Source: Kudoa neothunni
Lineage: Eukaryota; Animalia; Cnidaria
Reading direction: 5' to 3'
Length of the DNA: 64,000 nt
Assembly: GCA_964304625.1 (NCBI GenBank)
Contig: OZ199839.1
Span: 9,637,730 to 9,701,729, forward strand
Shown piece after piece: positions 37,378 through 52,302 of the stretch. The notes beneath the pieces were generated by a model. It saw only the letters and a program-made list of their open reading frames with translations, was not told the origin of the DNA and searched no databases. Numbering within the stretch: the first letter of the stretch is position 1; each line of letters opens with the position of its first letter. The position numbers and the translations under genes were made by a program.

Positions 37378-40300
37378 TTGTTCATTGTTATTGAAGTATT
37401 CAACGAGTTATATTAACCATTTAACACCGAAATTAATAAATAATATATTGTAAACCTCTATTTATTTTCTTATCAGTAACTTTCTGATTAAAAGTTTGTT
37501 CAAGGATTTTACTAATGTAAGTTCTATGACAAAAAGTATTTTTTCATTCATTCCTTTTACATTTGAGTTCAAATGGAACCGATGATTAAAAAAAGAACTT
37601 CGTAATTATAATCAATCTATGGAATTAAGGTAATGCCTATTGAAAAGATTGGATTCATACTTCTTTCATATATTCTATCACAATAGGAGTCACTTTCACT
37701 AAGAAATAACTCATTAGCCAAACATGCATTTACCACATGTAATACAATTGTCAAATAACAGCGTGTCCGTTAGTTCCATGCAAAATAAAATGTCGCAAAT
37801 TATCTTCAAAATAATCTATTTACATATAATTTCATTAAATTTTGTTTTAAGAATGTGCTGATTATAATCCGAATGTATTATATTTAATATGGAAAGTCCG
37901 CAGCCCAAGGAAATATTACTTAAAAATATACGAATGAAAATTTTCCAACGCGTTCGTGCCCAATGTTTGTCTAATATATGTAATCGGTTATTCAGTCTAT
38001 GGAAAATTCACTACAGGAATTTCCAGAACAATTTATTTTGGTTCTGAAATATTTTAATTTTTTTCATTCATTTCGATACTAAAGCCATAATCTGTCTTGC
38101 GGACAATAAAATAATATTTATCGCAAATCAATAAAAATTTTGATAATATAATTGCGTAAATAATTATTTTATAATTTTCTTATTTATTTAACCATCCCTC
38201 TACGGAAGAAATAAAATCAGGTTTAATCTGAACCAAGATCACGATGGTACCTCAGGGGGAGAATGGATTATATCAACTTATTGTTCTCATAAACATAAAT
38301 GTCCTTTAATAATAAAAGTTTATGAGTTGAATAGCAATATTTAATAAAGCTGTCCATTATTCTGTGATTTAAATGACATTATTAATCACTCCAATAATTA
38401 CGCAAATAATGAAGCGTGTCTCCCAAAATGAACCAAATTTTCTCAATAAATATATAAAAGCTATTTGTAATGAAAACAGAAGATATTGAAACGATGGAAT
38501 ACAGTAATAAATGAGCCATTCGCAGTATTACTATCGCTGGCTTCTAACCTATGTTAGGTGTCCGTATAAACAGACTAAATATCGAAAACCTTCAAGGCTT
38601 CGTACGTATGCGATACCAATTTTTTGAATTAAAACCTTGAAAAAACTCAATATTATTTTATTTATTATTTAACCCACTAATGAATTTGAGGTAAATTTTT
38701 ACCCAAAAAAGAAGTCTTTGTTTATATACGTGATTTGTTTTCTCTTCGAAGGGTACGGGTTCTTTTCTTATCTTCCAAAAAGGTAAGAAATATACGATTT
38801 TCAAGTATTATGACTAGAAATATAAAATCAAAAACATTATAGCATGTTTGTGCTCCAATGAATATTTTGGGTAAAAAATTACCTCAGATTTTTTTCTCAC
38901 TGATTGATAGACAAAATAAAAATTATTACGTTAATCAAATTATAGTTTTATCTGATGGATAAATTTCGAGTTATATGGTTATTATCTATTGCATCGATCA
39001 CGTAACTTCGTTTTTTAAGTTTGTCATTGCGATAATGGAGATGGATTTCGACGACAATAATTAAAGTGATAAATCAAATTCCTATAAAGTGATTATGAAT
39101 ACTTTAAAACTGATTTGTCATAAGAATCTGACGAGATTAAAAACTTTGAGAATTCAGGTCAATCCAAAATTAGTAATGGTGGGTTATGGTGGTGTCTTTG
39201 TATTTGACTCTCCCTGTCCGGAACGGGGTCCGCATGAACCCCAAATTCGACAAATTTGAACCAAGTCTTAGGCAGACAAATCAAAGTCATTTGTAAATTT
39301 CGGAATTCCCCTTGAGGTTTAAAACCCTTCGAACAATGTAAAAACATTACACTTGAAAAAATTATTATCGGCTAATTTCAATGATTTTTTTTCCTCTACA
39401 GACAAAAATTTATTTCATTTTTCAAGAAAACACGTATATACCGAATAAATTCATTTTTATCTTATAATTTAGGATCGTAGTTTTCGATGTTAATTATGTG
39501 CGCCAATTCTAATGAACAAGTTTTTAACGTCTTCTACATTATTCTCATTTCATGTGTAAATTACAGCGGAATTATAATAAAAAATTATCACAAACTGATC
39601 TTATATTTTTAAAGTTAGGACATTTTTATCGCAAACTAAAAGGTTACGATATTCGACCCGCATAATAAACGTCGAAAATTGCATTCCTTACTTGTAATCG
39701 TAGATTTAAAAATTTAAGACGTAGCATTCAATTATGTGGGTGATGAATCTCAGCACATTATAGAACTTCACCGCGGATTACCGACTCTTGAACCAAAAAT
39801 AACTAATCTAATTTCCGGATGTACATTTCGTTGCTATAAACTTGTCTCTAGAAGGATGGAAATAGTTCCTCGGGTCAACTTTCAATTTTAATGATTATTA
39901 GAGAGAATCAATATTTAGTTAAAAAATCGTGGAATTTTCGGTCTTTCCACTTAACTTTGTAACTATATAAACCTACTTCTGATATTATTAAATTTATAAG
40001 GAAAATGCTCAGAACAGAAAATAAAGTGAAAATTAAAGATTGCATAACAGAAGTAAGACGATATATCTAGTGTTTTCAAATAACAAATTATGTCTGACAA
40101 GAAAAGACGTATAAATCAAATTTAAAGAGTTAATTTGAATTTTACCTTTCATATATACCATAAAAAATTACGTTAATTTATAAATTAAAGCTAAGGTACC
40201 CATATCCAATTTAGTCTGTTTATTATTAACTAGTTGTTTCCGATTTCATATCTAAACGCTGCCGTCGTTGATGTACGCTAGGAATAATTTAACTTGTAAT

Positions 40301-40674
40301 TTCTTATTTAGAAATGATTTTCATGTTCTAAACTACTTTTTTAGGATGGAATCTGTTTAATTTGGATTTTTGTGCCGCTAGATTCTTTCTTACTTTTAAA
40401 TAGCCGATGTTAATGCATTATGGGATTTTGTTATGAAACCTACTAACGCTTCATAACAAATTAAATTTCCTACACAGAAAGTCTTATAAATAGTTTAAAA
40501 TATGACAAAAAGAAGTTAAAAACCAAGAAAACAGTTATTTTTTTAAGTGAGGGCCGACCCCATCGGAACACGTGAATTTTTTCCGAGAAGTACAAGGAAG
40601 ATTAATAGATTTGTTATTTATACATGTTTTCCACATAAAAAGATATTAGGAGACAATATGGTTAGGAGAAAAAG

Positions 40675-42296
40675 GTAACGGTAAAGTATGTGACTCCAGA
40701 AAAACACCATCTTGCGTCCATTTTTTTCCGTTTTTTACGATTATCAATAATAAATCAAAATAGTACTGAGTGCAAATATTGAGCTCAAATAAATTACCTC
40801 AAAATTTTTGCCTAATTCCTATTCGACTACAGTGGGGTACATGTGTAACCCATATCGTTTTGCAATAAACACAGAAAAATAACTGATTACTTGCTTATTT
40901 CGCAAATTATCTAAAATTTCTATTTTTATTATTTTTAATAAAAATGATATTAAATTTTTCTGTGTTTATTTACCACACGAAAATTGCGATAATAGAGCTT
41001 TTAAGTTTAGAGGAGATTATGACTTATCTGGTTAATTAATGATCATGATAGATTATTTTACAAATTAGTAACAAGGAATTACCTTAAAATTGCGACGAAA
41101 AAATGTGATTTTAATTGTTGGAATTTCGAAACCTTTATTTTAAAAAAGAGAAAACTAAATGTAAGGAGACCAATGACAGAAACTTCTTGCTGTGAGAGAA
41201 ATCACATTGATTATGCCTTCACTTACAGCTCTAAAAATTACTTATCTTTTGCGGAATAACGACTTAAGGTAGTTGAGGTATAAAACTAGCGTTTCCCTTG
41301 AAACCGTATTTTTTCTCTAGTATGGCTTCCGTTAGTTCAGCCAACAAATTAACCATAATAAAATAAATATTCGTCTAGAAAATGTTATATTAAAATTTGT
41401 GAAAAAATTTGAACGAGTAAATCTTCATAAAATTGACCATACGTCCAATACATTGTACAACACTTCAGCTAAGCGTTAACATCATGGTAGTTGTTGTAAA
41501 GAATGATTTTAACGTAACATACATATTAAAATTTAAAATCATTTTGTTTAAATGCTTAATTATATATTATAACCATAATGAAACATTATTTAATTAACAC
41601 GAATATCTTTGTCCCAATAAATAAAATTTGTAATGTGTATTAATTATATATTTTATGTCGTATTTAAAAATAAATAGATAAATATACGATTTATTATTTG
41701 TAAAGGTGTTCTAATGTATTATCTTCAGATGAATAAAATACGTATTGATATATTTTTAATTAATGCCTTTATTCGATTTTATAACCAAAAATATCAATGT
41801 ACGATTAATATAATTATTGTTAGTCTCAATTTCGCAACTAATTGGTGTATAAAAATTAGTTCACTAATAATAATGTACTAATAAAAATATATAAACTACT
41901 ATAAACAATTATAGATGTTACTAAATGGTTTAAAGTTAATTTGACATTTAGAAATAAAGATAGATGACACATTACTTATTAATATTAGACTAGCTTATTT
42001 AGAAGGTTTACTACACTAAATTTAGAATGTAAATATTACGAAAATTTAAATGATTATAATATATTAATTAGGATAAAATAAGAAAATAATCAGCTATTTT
42101 TCTGTGTTTATTGCAAAACGATATGGATTACACGTGTACCTGACTGTAGTCGAATAGAAATTGGGCAACAATTTTGAATTAATTGATTTGAGCTTAATAT
42201 TTGCACTCAGTATTATTTTGATTTATTATTGATAATCGTAAAAGAAAAAACGGACGAAATATGGTGTTTTCTGGAGTCACATATTTTTCCATTACC
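40675..42296. repeat. ~210-bp diverged inverted repeat pair (40675-40889 / 42087-42296) enclosing ~1.2 kb
   Basis: For example CTGAGTGCAAATATT and CCATATCGTTTTGCAATAAACACAGAAAAATA on the left, with reverse complements on the right. Confidence 0.9.
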
Positions 42297-42809
42297 GAAT
42301 CTCTCTTTTATCACGTTTTCGCATTTATTTTCAAAAGTATATTAATAAAAACAATTTGTTTTATAACAATGATGAAATGTTAAATGTGATTAATCTATTC
42401 GATCCTTTATATTAATTTGTAGAAATAAACCATTTAGACAACATGATGATAATATCGATATCTGTCAACAAAAATTAAAAAATAAATAAATGCGAATCAT
42501 TAATACAATTTTATTATAATCAACATTATTTTTTTATATTCATCATGAGGTTTGGACGATTTAAAAAAATACATGCAGAAAACTTTCTTAATGAATTATT
42601 ATATCTTAAAGAAGTGTTGTGTAACAAATAAATTATTTTCTGTTCTCAAAAGATGTAGGAATAAGACTTAGTAATCAAGATAAATTTAATATATATTGAT
42701 ATCCATAAATTTTACAAAATTAATTAACATTCTCAATAAAATAAAACTAAAATTTTTGTATCATACCTATTAGTTGGATTTTACTTTGAAAAAGTATTAA
42801 TATTTTACT

Positions 42810-43203
42810 GGTAAAGCTCTGACTTTCATGAATCATAAATCGTCGTTTTGAGATCTATAACCGTAGATAACATTTTATAATTTTGTTCATTTTGTTCAAA
42901 TAAATTAGAGCATCATTAATAGAAATAGTAAATTTTTTAAATCTTTTTTGGTTATTTGTAATTTTCATTCCATTATGAGACTTTCAAAATGGATTCTTTA
43001 TTATCCAAAATCCTATTTAAAGAGAATAGAGATTTTAAGTTAATATAATTCAGAATTTTAGTTGTTCTATTTTTTCCATTCGATATTCTTTCAAAATATG
43101 TCATTGAATCCATTTTATCTTTCAATGAACGAAGCTGTTTGGTTCTCTTCAAGTGTCCACGACCCATCATTTTAACGACTTTATTCTTAAGCCCAGTGTC
43201 CAT
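42810..43203 (-). pseudogene. Unknown decayed ORF in the palindrome spacer
   Basis: The 76-aa ORF (42973-43203) continues in frame past its TAA for another ~47 codons. No recognisable motif. Confidence 0.25.
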
Positions 43204-45392
43204 GAGCCGTAAATTTGAGCTTATTCTTATTTACAGCGAATTAAAACAAAAAATAAGGTTTTAATAATTCATTATAATTGTTATACTTTTAATCGATTTG
43301 TTTTCATTAGTAACATTAATGTGTAAGTCATTAAATCATGGCAGGTGCCTATGAGTAGTAGAGGGAACGAGCCGTCACCTACTGTATTTGTTTATATAAA
43401 CATTGGAAACATTTAGAGTTATAAATCAATAAATACACAAAAGTGTGCAAAATCGGCTACAGACTGTATTTATTATTACAATGTCACAGGTTCAAAAATA
43501 AGATTATATTTATTTATTCATAACGACATTTATCTATATTAAACTTCTGCAAGTGATTAAGAGTGTGTGCTTAGATCACTTATTATACTAGGACTTTCAA
43601 TATATATGACTTTTTAACAACACTATCAAAGTTCTATAGATGACTTTAGATATAACACATATATGTAAATTTACAAAACTAATGAAGAATTGATGGCGTT
43701 TGTTTATTCAGATAGATTCAAACTCTAAATACTGAAACTGAGTCCTCAAATTTCGTGACATTTAATTTTAAGCGATAAGATTTAATATATAGATTGAAAT
43801 TATACGTTTCTAATTATTTAAAATATTTTTGTTTATATTTAGGGGCTACATAATTGTTTTGAGGAAAGAGTGTATGAAAATGTGACTGATAAAGAGATAT
43901 TAATTTGAGCAACAAAAAATAATCGCCGCAAGTTATCATCGAGTCATACAGTTATTGCTATTTTAATGATCTCAATTTTAACTGCGCTTATCACAGTCTT
44001 TAAAAATATGGATTTAAAAATCAAGGTTAATTTAACTACTTCTCTGAATTAATGGAAAGAATTCATATTTTTCTTTATTCTATATACATGTTCTACGATA
44101 AAATATTTCCAATACCGTGCGAAGCTGGGCAATTCGCGCTGGCAAGAGATAAAATAATATTGAGTTTCTGCAAGGTTTGAAGGTTTTCGATATTTAGTCT
44201 GTTTATACGGACACTCAACATAGGTCACAAGCCAGCGGTAGTAATACTGCGAATAGCTCAATTATTACTGTATTCCATAGTTTCAATATCTTCCGTTTTT
44301 ATTACAAATAGCTTTTATATATTTATTGAGAAAATTTGGCTAATTTTGGGAGACACGCTTCATTATTTGTGTAATTATTGGAGTGATTAATATTGTCATT
44401 TAAATCACAGAATAGTGGACAGCTTTATCAAATATTGCTATTCAACCCATAAACATTATTAATATAGGACATTTGTGTTTAGGAGAACCAAAAGTTGATA
44501 TAATCCATTCTCCCCTGAGGTACCATCGCGATCTTGGTTCAGATTAAACTTGATTTTATTTCTTCCGTAGAGGGATGGTTAAATAAATAAGAAAATTATA
44601 AAATAATTATTTACGCAATTATATTATCAAAATTTTTATTGATTTGCGATAAATATTATTTTATTGTCCGCAAGACAGATTATGGCTTTAGTATCGAAAT
44701 GAATGAAAAAAATTAAAATATTTCAGAACCAAAATAAATTGTTCTGGAAATTCCTGTAGTGAATTTTCCATAGACTGAATAACCGATTACATATATTAGA
44801 CAAACATTGGGCACGAACGCGTTGGAAAATTTTCATTCGTATATTTTTAAGTAATATTTCCTTGGGCTGCGGACTTTCCATATTAAATATAATACATTCG
44901 GATTATAATCAGCACATTCTTAAAACAAAATTTAATGAAATTATATGTAAATAGATTATTTTGAAGATAATTTGCGACATTTTATTTTGCATGGAACTAA
45001 CGGACACGCTGTTATTTGACAATTGTATTACATGTGGTAAATGCATGTTTGGCTAATGAGTTATTTCTTAGTGAAAGTGACTCCTATTGTGATAGAATAT
45101 ATGAAAGAAGTATGAATCCAATCTTTTCAATAGGCATTACCTTAATTCCATAGATTGATTATAATTACGAAGTTCTTTTTTTAATCATCGGTTCCATTTG
45201 AACTCAAATGTAAAAGGAATGAATGAAAAAATACTTTTTGTCATAGAACTTACATTAGTAAAATCCTTGAACAAACTTTTAATCAGAAAGTTACTGATAA
45301 GAAAATAAATAGAGGTTTACAATATATTATTTATTAATTTCGGTGTTAAATGGTTAATATAACTCGTTGAATACTTCAATAACAATGAACAA

Positions 45393-48300
45393 ATGATGAC
45401 GAGCAATGTTTTTCTTAGATTGGTCACAATTTTTACAAGTAATAAATAAAAAATATTAATCATAATGTTTATTTTTCATTAGTGTTACACTCGAATATTT
45501 ACTCTACAGTTGATATTGATAATAATATATTGAGATTAAGCTTTTTGAGTAATGAGAATAAATATATGTTATCATTGGCAGGGTACAATATTGAGAACAG
45601 TCACCTAAAATGTTCACTTCAGTATTACGATGTCTCAACATCATCACTTAAAGTTATTCCTGCTTGTACTAGTACAACAAGCGCTCGAGAAGATATCCCG
45701 TCGAAAATGTGTATGATTGATTGCAAAAAAGTCGAATTACAATTAGATGGGAGTGATTTTAAGAAAATTAAATATGTAAGATGGTGCCAAGGTAAAGGTG
45801 AGACAGCTATAAAGACATGTCCTTATAAAAAAGTGTATAAACTCAAAGGTAATTGACAAATTGAACATTTATTATACAAAATTAATTAGATATCTACCTG
45901 AAAAGTATAATATCTGCAACAAAGTTAAACGGCGAATTTACCGTAACAATTCAAACAAAAAGAAACGGTGGGATCTCTACCGTAATGGATGGTAGTTCGG
46001 AAGTTATCAAAACTGCAGATAGTAATTTTTATAAAAAAAATACAGTTAAACTTGTGACAAACCCGACCATGACATCCTGCTTTATTAGTTTTACTGATAG
46101 ATCTCCTAAAGTGTTTTTAAATCCTATCAAGCCTGTGGAAGATTGGTTTATTTCAACTGGGTCAATGCACTATCAACGTGGCACCAACTTTTTTTATACA
46201 ATAACCCTCCAGAATCCGGAACCATCTAAAATATGTTATTTTGGGATAAAAAAAGTTGATGATTTCCATTTTACTTCCTTCTGCTCCAATGTAAATAAAG
46301 CCGGACCATGCTTACAACCATGTTACAAAGCCACAATATTATACGAGTCAAAGTTGGACTTCGCTCAAGTACTTGTATACCGTCCCAATATATTCACTTC
46401 AAAAGAATTTGTCCAGACAGTGACATGTATTCATCAATAATTTTATAGTTTTTAATAATGTGATTAGTTGAAAGAAATCAACCTACTGCTACCTCTGTAA
46501 CTAATACTCAAGCTACGTTCAACCTTAATAAAATAAGTACACTGGAATCTGACACGATTAATATCAGGTCTGCCTCTATTGGCGAAATAAAAATAATAAG
46601 AAAATATGATGGAATAAATATCGATAAGGATCCAGAATGCATCAATTCTTCTCGGTGCAGAAGTTTTACTTCAATTACTTTGAGCAATCTGTCACAGCTC
46701 ACTGAATACATTTTAAAGGTTAAGATAATTGGATTTGATGATCATGATTCATATGTAGTAAAATATCATAAATATTTATATTTCAAAACAAAAGGTACTC
46801 TTTAATACTTATGAGTGAACTAAATTTAAGTAGGAGCTGGATTTGAATCCGGTAGAAGTATTACACCAAGTACCGCTCAAGATCATCCTACAAAATTAAC
46901 TCTAACTCCGAGCGGACTCTTTTCCGATGGGACTAACACGGATGCAAAATGTGAACTTTATTATTCATTGGCTGACAGTGAAGCATCAAAATTTCCTGCT
47001 ACTTGTGATATAGATGGCATTAATAAATTTTGTGTTAATGCGTGTACAAGCACCTTTACCATCGTAAATCTTGAACCTAAAACAAATTACAAAATAACAA
47101 TCTGCTCGAAAGGATACACCTGCGAAACAACCAATCAATCATTTGAAAGTAGTTTAATATATATTGAAAAGTAATGAATAATTTAATAGCTGGCGGAATT
47201 TCTCTCTCAATTTTTATAAGCAATAACGATACTAATAGAAAAACGACGGCTTCAATATCAGCTACAAATGGAAATCTCGGAAGCAACTGGGCTTATATTC
47301 TCATGGAAAAAACTTCTAAGAATACAATAATTGATTGCTTGAATAATGCTTGCAGTCCTATTGTCACAGAAGGAGAAAATAAGATATTAGAATTTCCATG
47401 GACGACTATAATCGCGGAAATTACATACCAATTAGTTGTAATAAATACAAATACTGCTAAACCCGTAACTCAAGATATAAAAAGTATAGATTTTATGATA
47501 AAATAAAATAATATTTTATAGGGGTGGCTGAGGAAATTGTTACTGATAATATGATTCTAAAATACAATTCAGCAGAAAACACATATAAAATTAAATTTAA
47601 AGGCGATTTAATAGTTTTGGAGGGAAAACAGTGTTCTGTTAAGAAGTCTGATAGCAAATTAACTACTTATGAAAATATAAGCCAAGAGGGTGAAGTTACA
47701 AAAAGATGCACTAATTTAGGAGAAGAGATTAATATTAATATCGGCAATAAATATAAATACATATCAGTCACTTATGATGATAAAAAAACTGTAACTAAAA
47801 ATAACCCATCCAAATCCAGCTCTAATCCTAAAATTTTGGTCAAACCAGATGGTTCAGATACTGAACATTCCAATGGTAGAGAAGAAGGCCACGATGATCA
47901 TTTGCAGAGAAAAATAGCCGGATCACACTCCCGGTCTCTTGAAGAACCACCAGCTTCAATAACAGAGGACGTCCATTTTAAAAGGGGATATGTTTATTCT
48001 TACTCTATGGGTATTTTAATAATTTACTGAAGAGTTTAATATCCTTTAGATAATTTCGAAGAAATATCGATGATTGCAACTTTAGATGGTGATAAAATAA
48101 AATTAGGATCAAATAAATGTTCATTAAATTGTGAAGCAAGTAAAGATGGTCAAAAGCTCAAGGAGATAACCAAAAATGAGGACCCGTGTAATTCATTTGG
48201 TAGCTATTCCATTCCATTTGGTGAAAATACTGAAGATTACTTTATCAGTTGTCCTGGATATTTTGATTTTCATTACTTTTACGATACCACCTTTACGAAA

Positions 48301-51300
48301 AAATATGCTCCAATATTCAGTAGATTTTATTATGAGCTGACTGTCAATGAAAATGATAGAAAACTCACCGTGAAATTAGTCAATGAGATGCCATCCGAAA
48401 TATGCACGTTTGAATGGATAGATGCAACTGATTCATCTTCAGACACATTCTTTTCGAACAGGTGTAAAAATAAGGGAAATTGTTTTCACACGATCTGTAG
48501 TAAAATAACGTTTGAAAATATACCAGCAGAAGTAAAGGCAGTTAAAATACGCGTCTTAAAATTAGGAATGGAACCAGTGATTGGTTACCAATCAAACGTC
48601 CACATTCGTAATATTCGTTATTATAAATTTGTTTTTTATTTATTAAATATAGTAAAACATGGAAGAGATATTCCCTTAAAAACAAAAGATAACAAAATAA
48701 TAGTCGACCTTAATAATAAGAATAAGAATGAGGATGGTACAGAAGTTAACACACAACCTGTTCCATCATGCTCTTTGAAGCACTGGAACGCCTACGCTCC
48801 GATTGAATCCATTAGTTTGATGGAATCCTTTACTAATCCACCTGGCTGTGAATTCAGTGAAGTTGAGCTCACACCTGATCCAACAGATTTACCTTATGTT
48901 GTAATGGTAAGAGTAATAAATTTACCAAAATATTTCCCAAGAAAATATTTTTATCATAAATTAGGTAAATTATTTACTTTATTATGGTTTTTAATTTATT
49001 TGTAAGACCAAGGGACGAATCTTCCAATTCAAGAAGGTTCAGTCTCATCTACCGCAAGTGGATTCGCACTTACTCCTGGTGGATCAGCCTCAACCAAATG
49101 CACTATCTATGTGAAAGAACACAGCTCAAAATATTTTTATCCTGCTATTTGCAATACGAAAAAATTATGTGTAGATGCGTGTAACACAGAGTTCACTATT
49201 ATTGGGCTGTATTCAGGTGTCAACTATGATATAAAAATTGTGTCTAGCGGATCATACAAGGTTAAAACATTTGAGAACAAGAAAACAAGTAACCTTATTT
49301 TTCTATAATTTATTAAATGCTTAATAGTCGGAACTAATATTGAATTTAAAATATCTGAGGAGTCAAAGAAAAATAACCTGAAAATAACTTACACGAGAGA
49401 AATTGCTAATTCTGAAACTATTGATTGTTATTACCAGTTGTATAAACACGAAACCGATGAACGTAATAATATGGGTTTAATTCTTCTACAATATTTTAGG
49501 TTCGCCAACAATTATTCAAAAATCCTGCATTGAATGCAATACAGAGAGTCTTAAAAAGTGCAGTGATATTCAATTCGATGACAGCTTATATAATAACAAA
49601 TATAACTACAGGCTGATGATTTATGCGAATGCACAGTCACCACCAGTGAAAATCGCGATTCCAGGTATAATAGTTATGAATATTTGTATAAATGACCTAT
49701 AGCGTTTTCTCGACACGGAAAACTCCAACAAAGTTACGTTGAGAATAATGCTGGGAGTGTCGATAAGTTTTCTATTGCACTTTCAGAATTTCCCAGTGGA
49801 AATAATTGTGTGATAAAATTATCAAACTTTGAGGCAACACCTGACTTAACTGAATTAACATGCATAGGGAACATAAATGGAGGATCTTGCATAGTAAACT
49901 GCCCAACATCTAATAAGGTTGAGGTTGGTTTCTTGAATTCTAAATTAGACCGATATGTATCGATTTGTTATGGTGTGGATGAAACTGAAGCAAAATTGTG
50001 CAAAAAAGTGAATGTTTTCATCATTAAAATGGGTAAAATTTTAATCACCATCATAATAAATAATTTATTTTTTTAAATCTTTAATGTATTAATTTCTTTT
50101 TTAAATTGTTAATTGTAGAGTACAAGCTGAAAAATACTTACAAAGTCACATACAATGATAATAAAGTCATCTTTTCGTACGAGTCAAACTCAAAAACCGA
50201 ATGGAATATAGGTGTTGATGGAAAAGCCAACACATTTAGCAACACTGAGAAGGATACATTGACCATATCGAAATATTCAAATTCCATAGAGACAAAATCT
50301 GTTTCCCTCTCACTAGACAGATTTATGAGTTATTATAAAATTGATTCTACGCTTATGTGGCCTGGATTAATTTACTACGTTAATAACACATACTTGATCA
50401 AAAATGCTCCATTAAATTCTCAAATGATATTCAATGTTTCAAGTATTTCCAACAACCATAAAAGCCTAAAAATACATTTCCCACCTGGCCCTTCCAACGA
50501 TGAAATGTGTCATATAAAGGTTTTTGAAGTAAATCCAGATGGTTCAGATAACGTAAACGTGTTAAATGCATGCGGGGGTCTAAATGATGGTTGTTATCAA
50601 CTTTGTCAAGACGGTTTTATCAATTTAACGAAAGAATATCAAAAAGTAGGTGTAATTATTAACCGAAGATTTGATGTAGTTGAATACAAACAATATCATA
50701 AAAGTAATTGAATCATTAAGTTTCGAAACTTTATATTTTTAGGGGGTGATCTTGGCGTTAATTTATCTGCAGTCACTGCATCTGGAGTAACACTCACGGG
50801 ACTTAATATTTATGATAGCATTAAAAATAAAGATGGAACTTCAGAATGCACCATTAAAATATCTAAGGCTAACTATATCTCAAACGAAATGAGTGCTACC
50901 TGTAGTCCTAATAGAGAAGCATGTTCCACTAACTGTCAAGCGTCAAGCATGATTTCTAATTTGGAGGCTGGTACAAATTATCTGTTATCAGTGAAGATTA
51001 CAAATCTTGGTTTTTCTGGAACTTATATTAAGAAGATGATATTTAGAACTTGTAATTATTATAATAATTATTTTATTTCTACTTTAAAATAGTGGATGGA
51101 GATGAATTAAAAGAAAATACTACTCCAGCTGTCATATCACCCAGTACCGCTATATTCACCCCATTCCAAGATGATGGTGATTTTCTTCCAATATGCAGAG
51201 TCTACCTTAAAAAAGAAGGAGATTCGACTCAAAAATACATGGCAGTATGCAAAGATATGGGAGTCTGTGAGGGCAGCTGTTCCAACAATTTCGAAGTAGT

Positions 51301-52302
51301 TAACCTAGCGCCAGAACAAAACTATACAGCTTTTGTGGTACCGTCTGATGGCAAGAAAGAAAGAACCTACGATATTGAAGCAGGTATAAGCTTTACACGG
51401 ATTTAATAAAACATATTTTTTAGTGATAACTAAGTTAACAGTTACATATACACTTAAAGAAGATAGTGATTTAACAATTCATGTTGATTTTATTGGGAAA
51501 ACGAATAATTCAAAATGCCCCTTCATGTTGCACGAGAAAACACTGAACGAATCGACAACGTCACTAACTACGTGGTGTAACGATGAGGAGGATTGTTCAG
51601 CTAATCAATGTGTGATCAAAATTAACGATCTTTCAAAGGAAAAAGACTACGTGCTAATGGTAAAAGTGAAGGATGTTACAACCTATAAAAAACATGAAAT
51701 TCAGTGTAAATTATTTTTTTACATTCAAATAAAAAGTGTATGAATTAATAATAATACTTATCGGTTTCAAAAGATTCTAAAGTTTCCCGAATGACTGGGT
51801 AATTGAAATGAATTAATTTTTGTAAATTAATAATATTTTAGTAACTTTATTATAATAATAAGCTGAATCTAATTATAAATAGAAGAACAACAGCTAAGAA
51901 GTGAATATACAAACATTGAGGTGGATGACATTGTTGGAAAAGTCATAAGAATAGTTGAAACAGGGTATTCTGTTGTATTATGTACGCTTATTCTAATTAT
52001 AATTTAGTATTCTTTTTGATTACTATCTTTTAATCTAATTCATGGATTGATAATACAGGCAAAGACAAGTATATAGTTGAGAAGAATAAAATTAAGTAAA
52101 TAAAATAGGCTTTTCTTTAATAATTTTAATTTAGATCCATTAACATGTACATGTAATATATATATATATATATACGGTGGAGCGTGTGCTTATTATTATC
52201 ATTAGACTCTATTCGATAATCCCAATTATGCTCATATTGGTGATAATGGTGTGTTTTGCCGTCTATAAAAAATTCTCCAAGGATACTGCTTACGAATTAT
52301 AG
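45393..52302 (+). CDS. Copy C of the Cys-rich FN3-like type I membrane protein (apparently intact, A/B mosaic)
   Basis: Signal peptide MMTSNVFLRLVTIFT|MLHSNIYS, the same intron positions as A, and last exon LYSIIPIMLILVIMVCFAVYKKFSKDTAYEL* (TAG 52300-52302). Confidence 0.82.

Larger units (their letters stand above)
22650..38661. repeat. Left arm of ~16-kb inverted segmental duplication (partner 44149-60230)
   Basis: Mirror ORFs with identical or near-identical translations: 24986..25198/57676..57888, 29925..30113/52773..52961, 32764..33030/49810..50076, 36914..37288/45482..45856. Coordinate sums are about 82770-82890. Confidence 0.97.

Noticed and set aside
38700-40600. Possible multi-exon gene in the palindrome spacer (GC-richer blocks, GT/AG-like sites, ORF 39159-39347)
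   Set aside because: I could not assemble a consistent frame or recognise a motif; needs RNA evidence.
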